In this document: one piece after another, positions 29,455 through 39,433 of the stretch | Layout of the letters: every line of letters begins with the position of its first letter | Position numbering within the stretch: position 1 is the first letter of the stretch | Source: an uncultured Pelagibacteraceae bacterium | Lineage (GTDB): Bacteria; Pseudomonadota; Alphaproteobacteria; Pelagibacterales; Pelagibacteraceae | Direction of reading: 5' to 3' | DNA: 64,000 nt | NCBI GenBank assembly: GCA_902631595.1 | Contig: CACOZH010000003.1 | Coordinates: 8,763-72,762, forward strand | The notes under the pieces: model-generated | What the model was told of the DNA's origin: nothing | Database searches by the model: none | What the model saw: only the letters and a program-made list of their open reading frames with translations | Made by a program: the position numbers and the translations under genes

Positions 29455-30564
29455 TTAAAATAAGCCAATATCTTTGAGGTCATTAAAGGTCGCAAAAAAC
29501 ATTAAAGATAATAATAAAAACATTCCGATTCGAAAGAAACCTTCTTGTGTTTTTTGACTTAAAGGACGACCTAAAACTTTTTCAAAACCATAAAACATTA
29601 GGTGACCTCCATCTAACAGTGGGATTGGAAACAAATTTATTAATCCAAGACTTATTGAGATGTATGCCATCATGCTTAAAAAAGGAATTATTCCAAATTC
29701 TGCGACTTGGCCTGATATTTTTGCTATACGTATTGGCCCTCCTAATTGAGAACTGTCGCCCTTTCCAACTAACATAGATCCAAGATATTTTAATGTTGAG
29801 GTGGTTACAAAATATACTTCACTAACAGACTGGATTAAAGCTTGCGCTGGGCCTAATTTTTTATGATTAATTTCATTTTTATAGGGGCTTAACTTAATTC
29901 CAACCATTCTTTTATTAATTTTATTACCAAGATTATCTTCAGCAAGTACAACATTCGGCTTTACTTTTAATAAAATTTCTTGGTCATACCTTGATACTTT
30001 AAAATCAATATATTCAGATGTGGACATTGCAATAAGTTTAGAAACATCCAAAATACTCTCCACTTTATTGTTGTCTATCTCTAAAATAACATCATTTTTC
30101 ATTAATCCAGCTACTTCTGCAGGACTATCTTTCTGTACTTCATCAATTAATGCTGGGGTAAAGTCTTTACCAACAAACATATAAATTGATAAGAAAATAA
30201 CAATTGCTAATAAAAAATTAGCTAAAGGACCACCAAATACAATCAAAGACCTTTGGTATAATGGCTTTGTTACAAATAATTTTTCCTGGTCTTCTTTGCC
30301 ATACTTTTTAAGCAATTCTTCTTGGTCTGCTTGCGAAAATACATTTCTATCACCAAAAAATTTTACATATCCTCCTAAAGGTATCCAGCAAATCTTCCAA
30401 CGAGTTCCTGATTTATCATTCCAACCAATTAATTCTTTTCCAAAACCTATAGAAAAATCCGTGACACCCACACCATATCTTCTTGCAAAATAATAATGTC
30501 CGTATTCATGAATGAAAACCACAACAAGTATTAAAATAATAAAAGGAATTATAAAATCAAACAT
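29455..30564 (-). CDS. rseP: RIP metalloprotease RseP
   Basis: HEYGH, FSIGFG, IPLGGYVKF, PDZ domain, NLFPIPLLDGG. Confidence 0.95.
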   Translation of the reverse strand: MFDFIIPFIILILVVVFIHEYGHYYFARRYGVGVTDFSIGFGKELIGWNDKSGTRWKICWIPLGGYVKFFGDRNVFSQADQEELLKKYGKEDQEKLFVTKPLYQRSLIVFGGPLANFLLAIVIFLSIYMFVGKDFTPALIDEVQKDSPAEVAGLMKNDVILEIDNNKVESILDVSKLIAMSTSEYIDFKVSRYDQEILLKVKPNVVLAEDNLGNKINKRMVGIKLSPYKNEINHKKLGPAQALIQSVSEVYFVTTSTLKYLGSMLVGKGDSSQLGGPIRIAKISGQVAEFGIIPFLSMMAYISISLGLINLFPIPLLDGGHLMFYGFEKVLGRPLSQKTQEGFFRIGMFLLLSLMFFATFNDLKDIGLF

Positions 30565-30626
30565 CTAAAACTTTACAATATTTAAAAATTATTAACAATG
30601 CGTCATTATTTGATAAATTTATCATT

Positions 30627-31790
30627 TTAGAAGAGTTTTCCTTGCATGCTATGCTGATACATAATTCTCATATCTTCAACTGTTAGTTTTTTTGGATTTC
30701 CCCCTGTGGATGGGTCAGCTAAAGCCATTTTTGACAATCTCTCAATGTCAAAATCTTTTTCATCTATAACTTCTGATAGTTTATGAGGTATATTTAATTC
30801 TTTTCTTAAATCTAATACCCAGTTTAAAAATCCATCAAATGAAATATCTTTTAAATCCAAATACTCACAAAGTTTTATTATTCTCTTTTCAATTTCTTTT
30901 CTATTAAATGTCAAAACATAAGGCATAAATATTGCATTTGATAAACCATGATGAACACTATTTAATGCATTTACTGGATGACTTAACGAATGAATTGCAC
31001 CTAGTCCTTTTTGAAATGCAGTTGATCCCATACTTGCAGCAGTAAGCATATTCATTCTTGCTTCAATATTTTTTCCATTTTTAAAAGCTTTTAAAAGCCA
31101 CTTATTAATTAATCTCATTCCTTCTAGTGCTATTCCATCGGCCATTGGATGAAATCCTGGAGCACAATATGCTTCAAGACAATGAGCTAACGCATCCATT
31201 CCTGTTGCTGCAGTAATTTTAGGAGGTAAATCTAAAGTTAAAACTGGATCAAGAATTACAATTGAAGGTAAAAATTTTGGATGAAAAATAATTTTTTTTT
31301 CGCCGGTCTTTTCATTTAATATAACTGATGCTCTTCCAGTTTCTGAACCGGTACCGGCTGTAGTAGGAGCGGCAACAATTGGAGCTATGGTTTCTGAATT
31401 TGCTTTGGACCAGTTATCTCCAATATCTTCAAATTCCCAAATAGATAAGGTTTGGCCAGACATAAAAGCTATAGCTTTTCCAACATCTAAGCCGCTCCCC
31501 CCACCTAAAGCTATTACCCCATCGCATTTATTATTTTTGTAAAACAAAACACCTTCTTCTACATTTGATCCTGTTGGGTTTCCAACTACATTTGAAAAAA
31601 CCTCTACTGGTAAATTTTCTTTTTTAAGTAAAGCAATTGCATCTTCAATGATTTTACCTTTTGCTAAACCATTATCAGTAACTAGCAGTGGTTTATTGAT
31701 ATTTAATTTTTTACATGCAGAACCTAAATCTTTTATACGATTTTCTCCAACCCACATTGTTGTTGGATAATTCCAATTATAATTTTGCAT
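30627..31790 (-). CDS. Iron-containing alcohol dehydrogenase
   Basis: GGGSGLDVGK, PTTAGTGSE, GMDALAH, GAIHSLSH, HHG. Confidence 0.92.
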   Translation of the reverse strand: MQNYNWNYPTTMWVGENRIKDLGSACKKLNINKPLLVTDNGLAKGKIIEDAIALLKKENLPVEVFSNVVGNPTGSNVEEGVLFYKNNKCDGVIALGGGSGLDVGKAIAFMSGQTLSIWEFEDIGDNWSKANSETIAPIVAAPTTAGTGSETGRASVILNEKTGEKKIIFHPKFLPSIVILDPVLTLDLPPKITAATGMDALAHCLEAYCAPGFHPMADGIALEGMRLINKWLLKAFKNGKNIEARMNMLTAASMGSTAFQKGLGAIHSLSHPVNALNSVHHGLSNAIFMPYVLTFNRKEIEKRIIKLCEYLDLKDISFDGFLNWVLDLRKELNIPHKLSEVIDEKDFDIERLSKMALADPSTGGNPKKLTVEDMRIMYQHSMQGKLF

Positions 31791-31811
31791 AATATACAGT
31801 TATTAAGAATA

Positions 31812-33260
31812 TTATTTTCTTATACCATAATCTTCAATTTTCCACACAACTAATGGAGCAAATGTAGCAACTACAAATGAAGAAAATAACAAGGATTGTG
31901 AAATAAAATCAGGAAACATATTTGTTGGAAAAATAATCCCTGCTAATATTGATATTGAAAAATCAGTACTTGGAAATAGAAGTAAGCCCATCATCAAACC
32001 AAATAAAATTGAAACGTAAGCTTTTTTCTCATCAAACTTTTTATTATAAAAACCATAAAAAACACTCATAACCGCTGCACAACAAAGCAAGTCAGCTAAT
32101 AAAAATAAATACAAAATACTTAATCCTTTTGAAGCAACAATAAATGCGATTATTGATAATATGATTATTATTTGTTTAGAAAATTTAAGATAATTTTTTT
32201 TACCTTTAAATACTTTATTTCCATCTACTATAATTAAACTTGAAACAGCATTAATTAAAGTATCGATACTGCTTACTGTTAAAGATATAGTTAGTATAAC
32301 TATTATAATTGATAATTGGATTCCATTTTCTTTTAATATAAGTGAAAAAAATGCAAGATCTGGAATAACGGTTTCATTTTGTGAAACCGCAATTAAGCCT
32401 GAAAATCCCATTACAAAAACTATTGGAAGAATGATTATAAAAGAAAAAATTAAACTTTTTTTCAATACGTCATTATTTTTTGCAGCATATACTCTTTGCC
32501 AATTACCCTGATGAAATAAATTTGTTGCAGCTACCGCTATAAAAAAAGTTAATCCAGCAGTAAAATTAGGCAAATAATTTGAGCTTAACAAGTAAGGTTT
32601 ATTTTGATTTATAAAATCAAAATTAAAATTTCCTGAATTTAATGAAAACAAATTTGTAAAAACAATTAATAATAATATTAAAAATATAACAAATTGAATA
32701 TTGTCAGTAAAAAGTGATGCTCTTAGCCCTCCATATAAAGTATAGATTAAAGATGATGTTACAACTATTCCAGCTGTAATCCATAAACTTGTTCCTGAAA
32801 TGTATTTAACTAAAAGAGAAACTGCGGTTACCTCAGCTATTAAAAAAATTGTCATGTAAAAAATTGATAGAAATAAAATCAATTTAAATAATTTATTTCC
32901 GTATCGTGATCTAATAACTTCAATTAAAGTTTTTCCTTTTGAATAATTTTTTCTAAATTTTTCTCCTAAATAAATTAATATAAATAAAGGAAATGCAGTT
33001 CCTAATGCATAGCCAATTACGGCTCCAATTCCTCCCCATGTTGCAGCAGAAGCTGGCCCAAAAAGTATCCAAGCTCCCAATGCAGAAGCTACCAAACTTG
33101 ATGTTAAAGAAAAAACTCCAACTGATCTATTTGCTAATAGATAGTTATTAAGACCTTGGTGTTTTTTTGAATAAGATATTCCAATTACAATAAATAATAA
33201 GCTAATACCCAATATAATTAATATTGCGGTTGACTGGGTTATTAAATTAAGTTGATCCAT
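31812..33260 (-). CDS. thiV: Sodium:solute symporter, ThiV-like putative HMP/thiamin-precursor transporter
   Basis: SSS motifs (YTLYGGLRASLFTD, HQGNWQRVYAAK) plus a TPP-type leader directly upstream. Confidence 0.82.
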   Translation of the reverse strand: MDQLNLITQSTAILIILGISLLFIVIGISYSKKHQGLNNYLLANRSVGVFSLTSSLVASALGAWILFGPASAATWGGIGAVIGYALGTAFPLFILIYLGEKFRKNYSKGKTLIEVIRSRYGNKLFKLILFLSIFYMTIFLIAEVTAVSLLVKYISGTSLWITAGIVVTSSLIYTLYGGLRASLFTDNIQFVIFLILLLIVFTNLFSLNSGNFNFDFINQNKPYLLSSNYLPNFTAGLTFFIAVAATNLFHQGNWQRVYAAKNNDVLKKSLIFSFIIILPIVFVMGFSGLIAVSQNETVIPDLAFFSLILKENGIQLSIIIVILTISLTVSSIDTLINAVSSLIIVDGNKVFKGKKNYLKFSKQIIIILSIIAFIVASKGLSILYLFLLADLLCCAAVMSVFYGFYNKKFDEKKAYVSILFGLMMGLLLFPSTDFSISILAGIIFPTNMFPDFISQSLLFSSFVVATFAPLVVWKIEDYGIRK

Positions 33261-33261
33261 A

Positions 33262-33321
33262 TTCTCCCTTTCTGAATTACCGGACAGGTTCTAAGGGTAT
33301 ATCTCAGCCTAAAGGCACCCC
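33262..33321 (-). promoter_or_regulatory. TPP-riboswitch-like leader (variant)
   Basis: GGGGUGCCUUUAGGCUGAGAUAUACCCUUAGAACCUGUCCGGUAAUUCAGAAAGGGAGAA: intact GGGUG..CUGAGA..ACCC and GAACCUG; AGGGAG SD inside the 3' strand. Confidence 0.85.
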
Positions 33322-33327
33322 TTTTTT

Positions 33328-34095
33328 TTAACTCTTTATAGTATATCCCTTTTTAAGAACATATGCGACAACTGAAATACAAAGAACTAAAAAGAAAATC
33401 ATTGAAGCAATACTAATCCAAATATTAAAATCTGATGCACCATAAAAAGAAAATCTTAAACCATTAATCAAATACACGACTGGATTGAAATAAGTTACCA
33501 TTTGCCAAAAAGGAGGTAGCATATCCAGAGAATATAAACTGCCGCCTAGAAATACCATTGGAGTAATAACCAATGTAGGTATAATAGACATCTGCTCGAA
33601 ATTCGAGCTTAACAATCCAATTAAAAAACCAAATAACGCGAATGTAAATGCTACAAGTACAAGTAAAAACACCATTAATAAAGGATGAAGAATTGAAACC
33701 TCAACAAAAAAGTTTGACGTAGCCAATATTACTGCTCCAATAATTAATGTTTTTGTTGCTCCAGCGCCAACAAAAGCTAATACCATTTCAAAAGTAGATA
33801 TTGGTGCTGCAAGTATTTCATAAAGCGACCCATTAAATTTTGGAAAAAAAATACCAAACGAAGTATTGCTTATTGACTGAGTTAATAATGTTAGCATGAT
33901 TAAACCAGGCACAATGTAAGAGCCATAACTAATGCCATCAATATTTTGAACATAGTTTCCAATTACTGAGCCAAAGACAATAAAATAAAGTGAAGTTGAT
34001 AATACTGGAGATATTAAAGACTGTAATAATGTTCTTCTAAATCGATCCATTTCATGAAGATAAATTGCTCTAAATCCGTAATAATTAATTCTCAT
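33328..34095 (-). CDS. ABC-2 type permease (YadH-like)
   Basis: [37 protein letters not shown]. Confidence 0.9.
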   Translation of the reverse strand: MRINYYGFRAIYLHEMDRFRRTLLQSLISPVLSTSLYFIVFGSVIGNYVQNIDGISYGSYIVPGLIMLTLLTQSISNTSFGIFFPKFNGSLYEILAAPISTFEMVLAFVGAGATKTLIIGAVILATSNFFVEVSILHPLLMVFLLVLVAFTFALFGFLIGLLSSNFEQMSIIPTLVITPMVFLGGSLYSLDMLPPFWQMVTYFNPVVYLINGLRFSFYGASDFNIWISIASMIFFLVLCISVVAYVLKKGYTIKS

Positions 34096-35020
34096 TATTT
34101 TCCCTTACTAAAGTTACAAATATTTTTTCAAGTGTGCTTTCTTCTGTTTTAAGATCTTTAAGCTTCAATCCTTGATCTCTTATGTCTTGAAGTAGATTTG
34201 TAATTCCAGTTCTTTGTTTTTGAGTATCATATGAGTAAGTTAGCGAAAGTTTATTGCCACTTAACTCAAGATCATATTTACTTAAACTTTCTGGAATAGT
34301 GGCTGTTTTTTCGTGTAAGTCAATTCTAAGTTTTTTTTTACCCATTTTATTTAGTAGATCTTGTTTCTGATCTACTACAATTATTTCTCCATTATTTATA
34401 ACAGCTACTCTATCTGCAATAGCTTCTGCCTCTTCTATATAATGTGTTGTTAAAATTATTGTTACTCCACTTTCTCTTAGTGCCTCTACTGATTTCCACA
34501 TATCTTTTCTTAATTCTACATCTACACCTGCTGTAGGTTCATCCAAAAATAGTATTGAAGGTTTATGAGACAAAGCTTTTGCGATAAGAACTCTTCTCTT
34601 CATTCCGCCTGATAACTGTCTTAAAATATTATCTTTTTTATCCCACAGAGATAATTTTTTTAATACACTTTCAATATATTTTGGATCTGGGGCTTTACCA
34701 TACAGTCCCCTTGTAAAAGAAACATTATTAAAAACAGTCTCAAAATTTTCTAAAGTTAATTCTTGGGGAACTAAACCAATTTTAGATCTAGTTTGTCTAT
34801 AATCTTTAATTATATCAAATCCATCAACATCAACTTTGCCAGATGATGGTGTAACGATACCACAAATAATACTTATTAAAGTTGTTTTGCCCGCTCCATT
34901 TGGTCCAAGCATAGCAAGTATCTCACCTTTTTTAATATTCAAACTAACGTTCTTAAGAGCCTTTAATCCATTTTGATAAGTTTTTGATAAATTATTAATT
35001 GATATTAAATCTTCAGACAT
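34085..35020 (-). CDS. ABC transporter ATP-binding protein (YadG-like)
   Basis: [30 protein letters not shown]. Confidence 0.93.
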   Translation of the reverse strand: MSEDLISINNLSKTYQNGLKALKNVSLNIKKGEILAMLGPNGAGKTTLISIICGIVTPSSGKVDVDGFDIIKDYRQTRSKIGLVPQELTLENFETVFNNVSFTRGLYGKAPDPKYIESVLKKLSLWDKKDNILRQLSGGMKRRVLIAKALSHKPSILFLDEPTAGVDVELRKDMWKSVEALRESGVTIILTTHYIEEAEAIADRVAVINNGEIIVVDQKQDLLNKMGKKKLRIDLHEKTATIPESLSKYDLELSGNKLSLTYSYDTQKQRTGITNLLQDIRDQGLKLKDLKTEESTLEKIFVTLVRENNEN

Positions 35021-35070
35021 TCCGCATTTATATAGTTTTTTTTATTATTATTACAACATAGCGATTATAG

Positions 35071-36126
35071 CTAATCTTTTGACATTCTCCATATTTCACC
35101 GTAATCACTTAACATTAAAATTTTCCCGTTTAGATCTTGTTTTACATCCCTAATTCTTCCAATTGTGTTTTTGAAAAGTATTTCTTCCTCTATAAATTTG
35201 TTTTCCTCAAAATTTAATCTTCTTAACGATTGATGTTTTAGAGATGCTATCAATGCTTGCCCTTTCCATTCAGGAAATTCATCTCCACTATAAATTAAGC
35301 AAGCAGAGATTGCTATTGATGGAACATAATATTTTATTGGTCTGTCATATCCTGGAAGCCATTCTGGTCCTCCTGGCAGACCTGAGTATTTAGTGCCACC
35401 CCAATAAAGTTTATCCCAACCATAATTTCCACCTTTATTTACTTTCCCAAACCAATCACCACCTCTCGCGCCATGATTTGTCATATAAACGTTATTATCA
35501 TAAGGAGACAAACACATGCCTTGAACATTTCTTATTCCAATTTGATAAATTTCAGGGAGCCAATCTGGTTTGTCTAAAAACTTTGGATTATCTTTTGGTA
35601 TCGATCCACCTGTTTTTATCCGAATAATGCTTCCAGGGTGTTTAGTGGGATCTTGAGCTATTATTCCTCCACCTCTTTCTCCTGAAGAGATATAAATATC
35701 GTCTTCTTTTATCACTATTCTTGATCCAAAATGGTATCCGCTTTTAATAGAAGGTGTTGATCTAAATAAGTTTGAAAATATTAATTCATTTTCATTAAAC
35801 TTAGCTTTTGCTAAAGAAGTTGATGTAAATCCATTAGTTATGTGTTCTGAATAAGTTACATAAACATAATTATTTTCAAATAAAATATCTAACAATCCAC
35901 CTTGGCCATCCTCTAGTACATCTAAATTATGTTTTATAGTCTTAGAGGTATTTTCAAATTCATTAAATAGAATTATATTTCCTGGTTTTTCAGTAATTAA
36001 ATATTTTCCATCACTAATAATAGATAATGACCACGGACTGTTAAGTCCGTCATTAATTTTTGTTAAATTAATTTCAGCAAATACATTAGTGCTTAAAAAT
36101 ATAAATAAAATTAAAAGCTTTTTCAT
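35071..36126 (-). CDS. PQQ-dependent aldose sugar dehydrogenase (GSDH beta-propeller)
   Basis: Signal peptide, GQGGLLDI, HFGSRI, GIRNVQG, HGARGGD, GGNYGW, GRIRDV. Confidence 0.88.
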   Translation of the reverse strand: MKKLLILFIFLSTNVFAEINLTKINDGLNSPWSLSIISDGKYLITEKPGNIILFNEFENTSKTIKHNLDVLEDGQGGLLDILFENNYVYVTYSEHITNGFTSTSLAKAKFNENELIFSNLFRSTPSIKSGYHFGSRIVIKEDDIYISSGERGGGIIAQDPTKHPGSIIRIKTGGSIPKDNPKFLDKPDWLPEIYQIGIRNVQGMCLSPYDNNVYMTNHGARGGDWFGKVNKGGNYGWDKLYWGGTKYSGLPGGPEWLPGYDRPIKYYVPSIAISACLIYSGDEFPEWKGQALIASLKHQSLRRLNFEENKFIEEEILFKNTIGRIRDVKQDLNGKILMLSDYGEIWRMSKD

Positions 36127-37040
36127 TAATTGAAAAAAGCGCCTCTTATTCTTAAAAGTTCTCTACTAAGATTTTTATTTTCTTTAAATGGTTTTCTGCC
36201 ATGAAGCCAAAAGTAATTGTTTGCAATAACACATGACCCTACCGGTAATTTAGTTTCTATTTTATTTTTGCTTCCTTCAAGGGCATCTGACAAACTTTGT
36301 AAAAATAATCCTTGTTCCATATTTTTTGGTTCAGGAAACTGATCTATATAAGATATTTGCACTAAACCATTTTCATCTTTAGTAAAAACTGGATGTTCAA
36401 CTTTGTAGTCAATATTTTTACTTTTTGGAGACCCCCATATAAAATTTTGATTTCCAACAGGATCATTTGATAATTGTTCTAAAAATTCCCAATCGTCTAA
36501 ATGTAATAAAACACTTTCGCCACCTTCAACATTTTTTTCCTCAAGCTTTGACATTAGCAACCAATCAGTTTTTTCCTTAACATAAGTTCCATCAGTATGT
36601 AGGTCCATATTAGTATAAGGTTTTCTCAAATAACTATCTGAGGTATCAACGTGTTTTACATGAAATCTCGCATAATATTTTCCAGCCATTGAATCATGAT
36701 TGGGATTTCCAAATAAGTGAGAAATTGCTGTTGAAAGCTTTACTAGAAAAGTTTGATCAACGATAGCAGAATTGTTTTTAGGACTTAAAATAATACATCC
36801 TGTCTCTCTATTTTTTAAAACCTCTGTAATAAATTTACTAAGTTTTTTTGATGTAACCTCATCTACTACATTTGCAATAGTAAATCTTGAAAAAGGTTTG
36901 TACTCTAAAGTTAAGATATCAAATTTTTTAAAATTGAATGCGAGTTTTTCAATTATTGTATCATCAAGTTCTATGTTTATTATTCTTTTCGATTTCTGAT
37001 GATACTGAATATTTAATCCATCAATATTTATTAATTCCAT
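36126..37040 (-). CDS. glaH: Glutarate 2-hydroxylase (Fe/2OG dioxygenase, CsiD)
   Basis: YKPFSRF, YYARF, DSYLR, LHTDGTYV, NNYFWLHGR, RELLRIRG. Confidence 0.88.
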   Translation of the reverse strand: MELINIDGLNIQYHQKSKRIINIELDDTIIEKLAFNFKKFDILTLEYKPFSRFTIANVVDEVTSKKLSKFITEVLKNRETGCIILSPKNNSAIVDQTFLVKLSTAISHLFGNPNHDSMAGKYYARFHVKHVDTSDSYLRKPYTNMDLHTDGTYVKEKTDWLLMSKLEEKNVEGGESVLLHLDDWEFLEQLSNDPVGNQNFIWGSPKSKNIDYKVEHPVFTKDENGLVQISYIDQFPEPKNMEQGLFLQSLSDALEGSKNKIETKLPVGSCVIANNYFWLHGRKPFKENKNLSRELLRIRGAFFN

Positions 37041-37052
37041 TATTTAATTATT

Positions 37053-37304
37053 TTAATTCTCAAGCAATTTTGCTTTTGCTTTATTAAATTCTTCCTCGCT
37101 TAATGCGCCTGACTTATAAAGTTCATTTAATTTTTCTAATTCAGAAATCATACCAGTATTATTTTCTGGTAAATTTTTCAATTCTTCTTCTTCTGTTAGT
37201 CTTTCACTCTTAGCTTTCATGCCTCTCATGGTTGATCTCGCACCTAAATAAATTACAAAAACCATTGCTGAAATTGCTAATGTAAAAAATATAATCGCTT
37301 GCAT
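37053..37304 (-). CDS. SHOCT-domain membrane protein
   Basis: N-terminal TM; ELEKLNELYKSGALSEEEFNKAKAKLL. Confidence 0.85.
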   Translation of the reverse strand: MQAIIFFTLAISAMVFVIYLGARSTMRGMKAKSERLTEEEELKNLPENNTGMISELEKLNELYKSGALSEEEFNKAKAKLLEN

Positions 37305-37307
37305 TAA

Positions 37308-37511
37308 TTAATCCTCATCATCTTCTCTCCATCCTTTTTGATACAAAAGGTAAGCTGCAATTGTAACAGAAATTACTCCCACAACCATGCCAATATTTAA
37401 CCCTATTTCTTTACCAAAAAAATACCAACCAAGTTGTGTTGAGCCAATTGGAGGAAAGCATAAAATTGCCATTAAAATTGGAATTCTATAGTAATAAGGT
37501 GGTCTTTTCAT
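37308..37511 (-). CDS. Small two-TM hypothetical protein
   Basis: 67-aa ORF co-oriented and abutting the SHOCT gene. Confidence 0.7.
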   Translation of the reverse strand: MKRPPYYYRIPILMAILCFPPIGSTQLGWYFFGKEIGLNIGMVVGVISVTIAAYLLYQKGWREDDED

Positions 37512-37575
37512 ATTTGATTAAAGACCAGAATAGATGAATAAATTTATAATTTAAGATAATTATATGTCACAGTTT

Positions 37576-38622
37576 TTAGCAGTTTTTGAATGAAGCAGAC
37601 ATATTTTTAATTAAATTAAAATATAAATCTTTACCTGGATTTAAAGTTGCTCCAAGAGGATCAATTACACCAGTTTTTATATTCATGTCTTTAGCAACTG
37701 CTTTGATGATATCTGGATTAAATTGTGGTTCCGAAAATACACAAGCAACTTTATCATGCTCAATAATCTCTCTAATTTCAGCTAATTGTTCTGCGCCAGG
37801 CATTACATCTGTATTGACTGTAAATGCTCCCAAAATATTTACATTAAATCTTTCCTCAAAATATTGGTATGCATCATGAAAAACTATAGAAGCAACACTT
37901 TTACTTAATTCAGATTTTGTATCTTTAATTAAGTTATCAATATCCTTAAGAGCTTTTGCTAAGTTTTTATTATAAATTTCAGAATTTTTTTCATCATTTT
38001 CAATTAAATGCTCAGCCATTTCTTTTAAAATAACTTTCACATTAACAGGGTCTAACCAAATGTGTGGATCAAATTCACCATGAGCGTGTTCATCGTGATC
38101 ATCATGTCCGTGATCGTCATGATCATCTTTTTTTTTACCGTGATCATCATGTCCGTGATCGTCATGATCATCTTCTTTTTTACCGTGATCATCATGTCCA
38201 TGGCCGTCATGATCATCTTCTTTTTTACCGTGATCGTCATGATCGTGATCGTCAAAAATATTTCTTTCTCTAAATTTTAATACCTCTAAACCTTTAATTT
38301 CCATTAACTCAATTTTTTCTGCTTTTTTTGCAATTGAACTCAACGGTTTAACTAAAAAAATCTCTAAATCTTCACCTACCCAAAATATAATATCTGCTTC
38401 TTGAAGCATTTTAGCGTGTGAAGGTTTCATGGCAAAACCATGTGGAGAAGCATATCCATCTACTATTAGATCAGGTTTACCAATTCCATCCATCAAAAAA
38501 CTGGCTAAAGAGTGAATTGGTTTGATAGATGCAACAACTTTTACGTCTGCATTAGAAGATGTAAAGAATGTCAGAAATGTTATTATTGTTAAAAAGAAAG
38601 GAATTTTTTTTATAGAGACCAT
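37576..38622 (-). CDS. znuA: Zinc ABC transporter substrate-binding protein
   Basis: VVASIKPI, ASPH, His/Asp-rich loop, DPHIWLDP, FHDAYQYFE, CVFSEPQF; start at MVSIKK. Confidence 0.95.
   Translation of the reverse strand: MVSIKKIPFFLTIITFLTFFTSSNADVKVVASIKPIHSLASFLMDGIGKPDLIVDGYASPHGFAMKPSHAKMLQEADIIFWVGEDLEIFLVKPLSSIAKKAEKIELMEIKGLEVLKFRERNIFDDHDHDDHGKKEDDHDGHGHDDHGKKEDDHDDHGHDDHGKKKDDHDDHGHDDHDEHAHGEFDPHIWLDPVNVKVILKEMAEHLIENDEKNSEIYNKNLAKALKDIDNLIKDTKSELSKSVASIVFHDAYQYFEERFNVNILGAFTVNTDVMPGAEQLAEIREIIEHDKVACVFSEPQFNPDIIKAVAKDMNIKTGVIDPLGATLNPGKDLYFNLIKNMSASFKNC
38094..38252. repeat. 45-bp coding tandem repeat (about 3.3 copies) in the ZnuA His-rich loop
   Basis: Units start at 38094, 38139, 38184 and 38229 and encode DDHDDHGHDDHGKKE. 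Confidence 0.92.
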
Positions 38623-38631
38623 AATTTTAAT

Positions 38632-38669
38632 ATTGTTATAATATAACATTATGTAATAATATAACATTT
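38632..38669. promoter_or_regulatory. Two tandem Zur boxes in the divergent znuA/znuC promoter
   Basis: ATTGTTATAATATAACATT and ATGTAATAATATAACATTT match the proteobacterial Zur palindrome TGTTATAnTATAACA. Confidence 0.9.
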
Positions 38670-38686
38670 AAAAGTCAAGTATTAAA

Positions 38687-39433
38687 ATGAGATCAAATAA
38701 TAATATATTAGTTAAATTAAAAAATGCTGGATATCAGCTGAATGGTAAATTCCTTGTAGAAGGAGTTTCTTTAGAAGTTCAAAAAGGTAAAATTGTAACC
38801 CTTATTGGCCCAAACGGATCTGGTAAAAGCACTACTGCTAAAATTGCTTTAGGAATTTATAAAAAAATAGACGGTAAGATTGAAAAATATACTGATAAAG
38901 TTGGATATGTGCCACAAAAAATTTCAATTGATTGGACATTGCCCATTAGAGTTAATGATTTTATGATTTTAACTGACAGTATAAGTAATGAGCAAATTGA
39001 GGAGGCTTTGTCTTTAACTGGAGCATTGCATCTTAAAAATAAAAATTTAGGAAATTTATCTGGGGGAGAGTTTCAAAGAGTTTTATTAGCCAGAGCTATT
39101 TCAAAAAAACCTGAACTATTAGTACTTGATGAGCCTGTTCAAGGAGTAGATTTTACAGGTGAAATAGCTTTATATGAATTAATAAAAAAAATCTCTGAGG
39201 AATTAAATTGTGGAATTCTACTTATATCACACGACTTACATACTGTTATGAGTGCGACTGACCATGTTGTTTGTTTAAACGGACATGTTTGTTGTTCTGG
39301 TTCACCAACTGATGTAGCGCATAATCACGAGTATAAGGCTTTATTTGGTGAACAAGCATCAAAAACTCTGACAATCTATGAACATAAACATGATCATGTT
39401 CATACTAACGAAGGGGATATTAAAAAAAACTAA
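38687..39433 (+). CDS. znuC: Zinc ABC transporter ATPase
   Basis: GPNGSGKST, YVPQK, LSGGEFQR, HVCCSG, His-rich tail. Confidence 0.95.
   Translation: MRSNNNILVKLKNAGYQLNGKFLVEGVSLEVQKGKIVTLIGPNGSGKSTTAKIALGIYKKIDGKIEKYTDKVGYVPQKISIDWTLPIRVNDFMILTDSISNEQIEEALSLTGALHLKNKNLGNLSGGEFQRVLLARAISKKPELLVLDEPVQGVDFTGEIALYELIKKISEELNCGILLISHDLHTVMSATDHVVCLNGHVCCSGSPTDVAHNHEYKALFGEQASKTLTIYEHKHDHVHTNEGDIKKN

Noticed and set aside
38052-38280. CRISPR-like array or overlapping repeat proteins
   Set aside because: Repeats are contiguous without unique spacers and encode the ZnuA His loop; other frames are by-products
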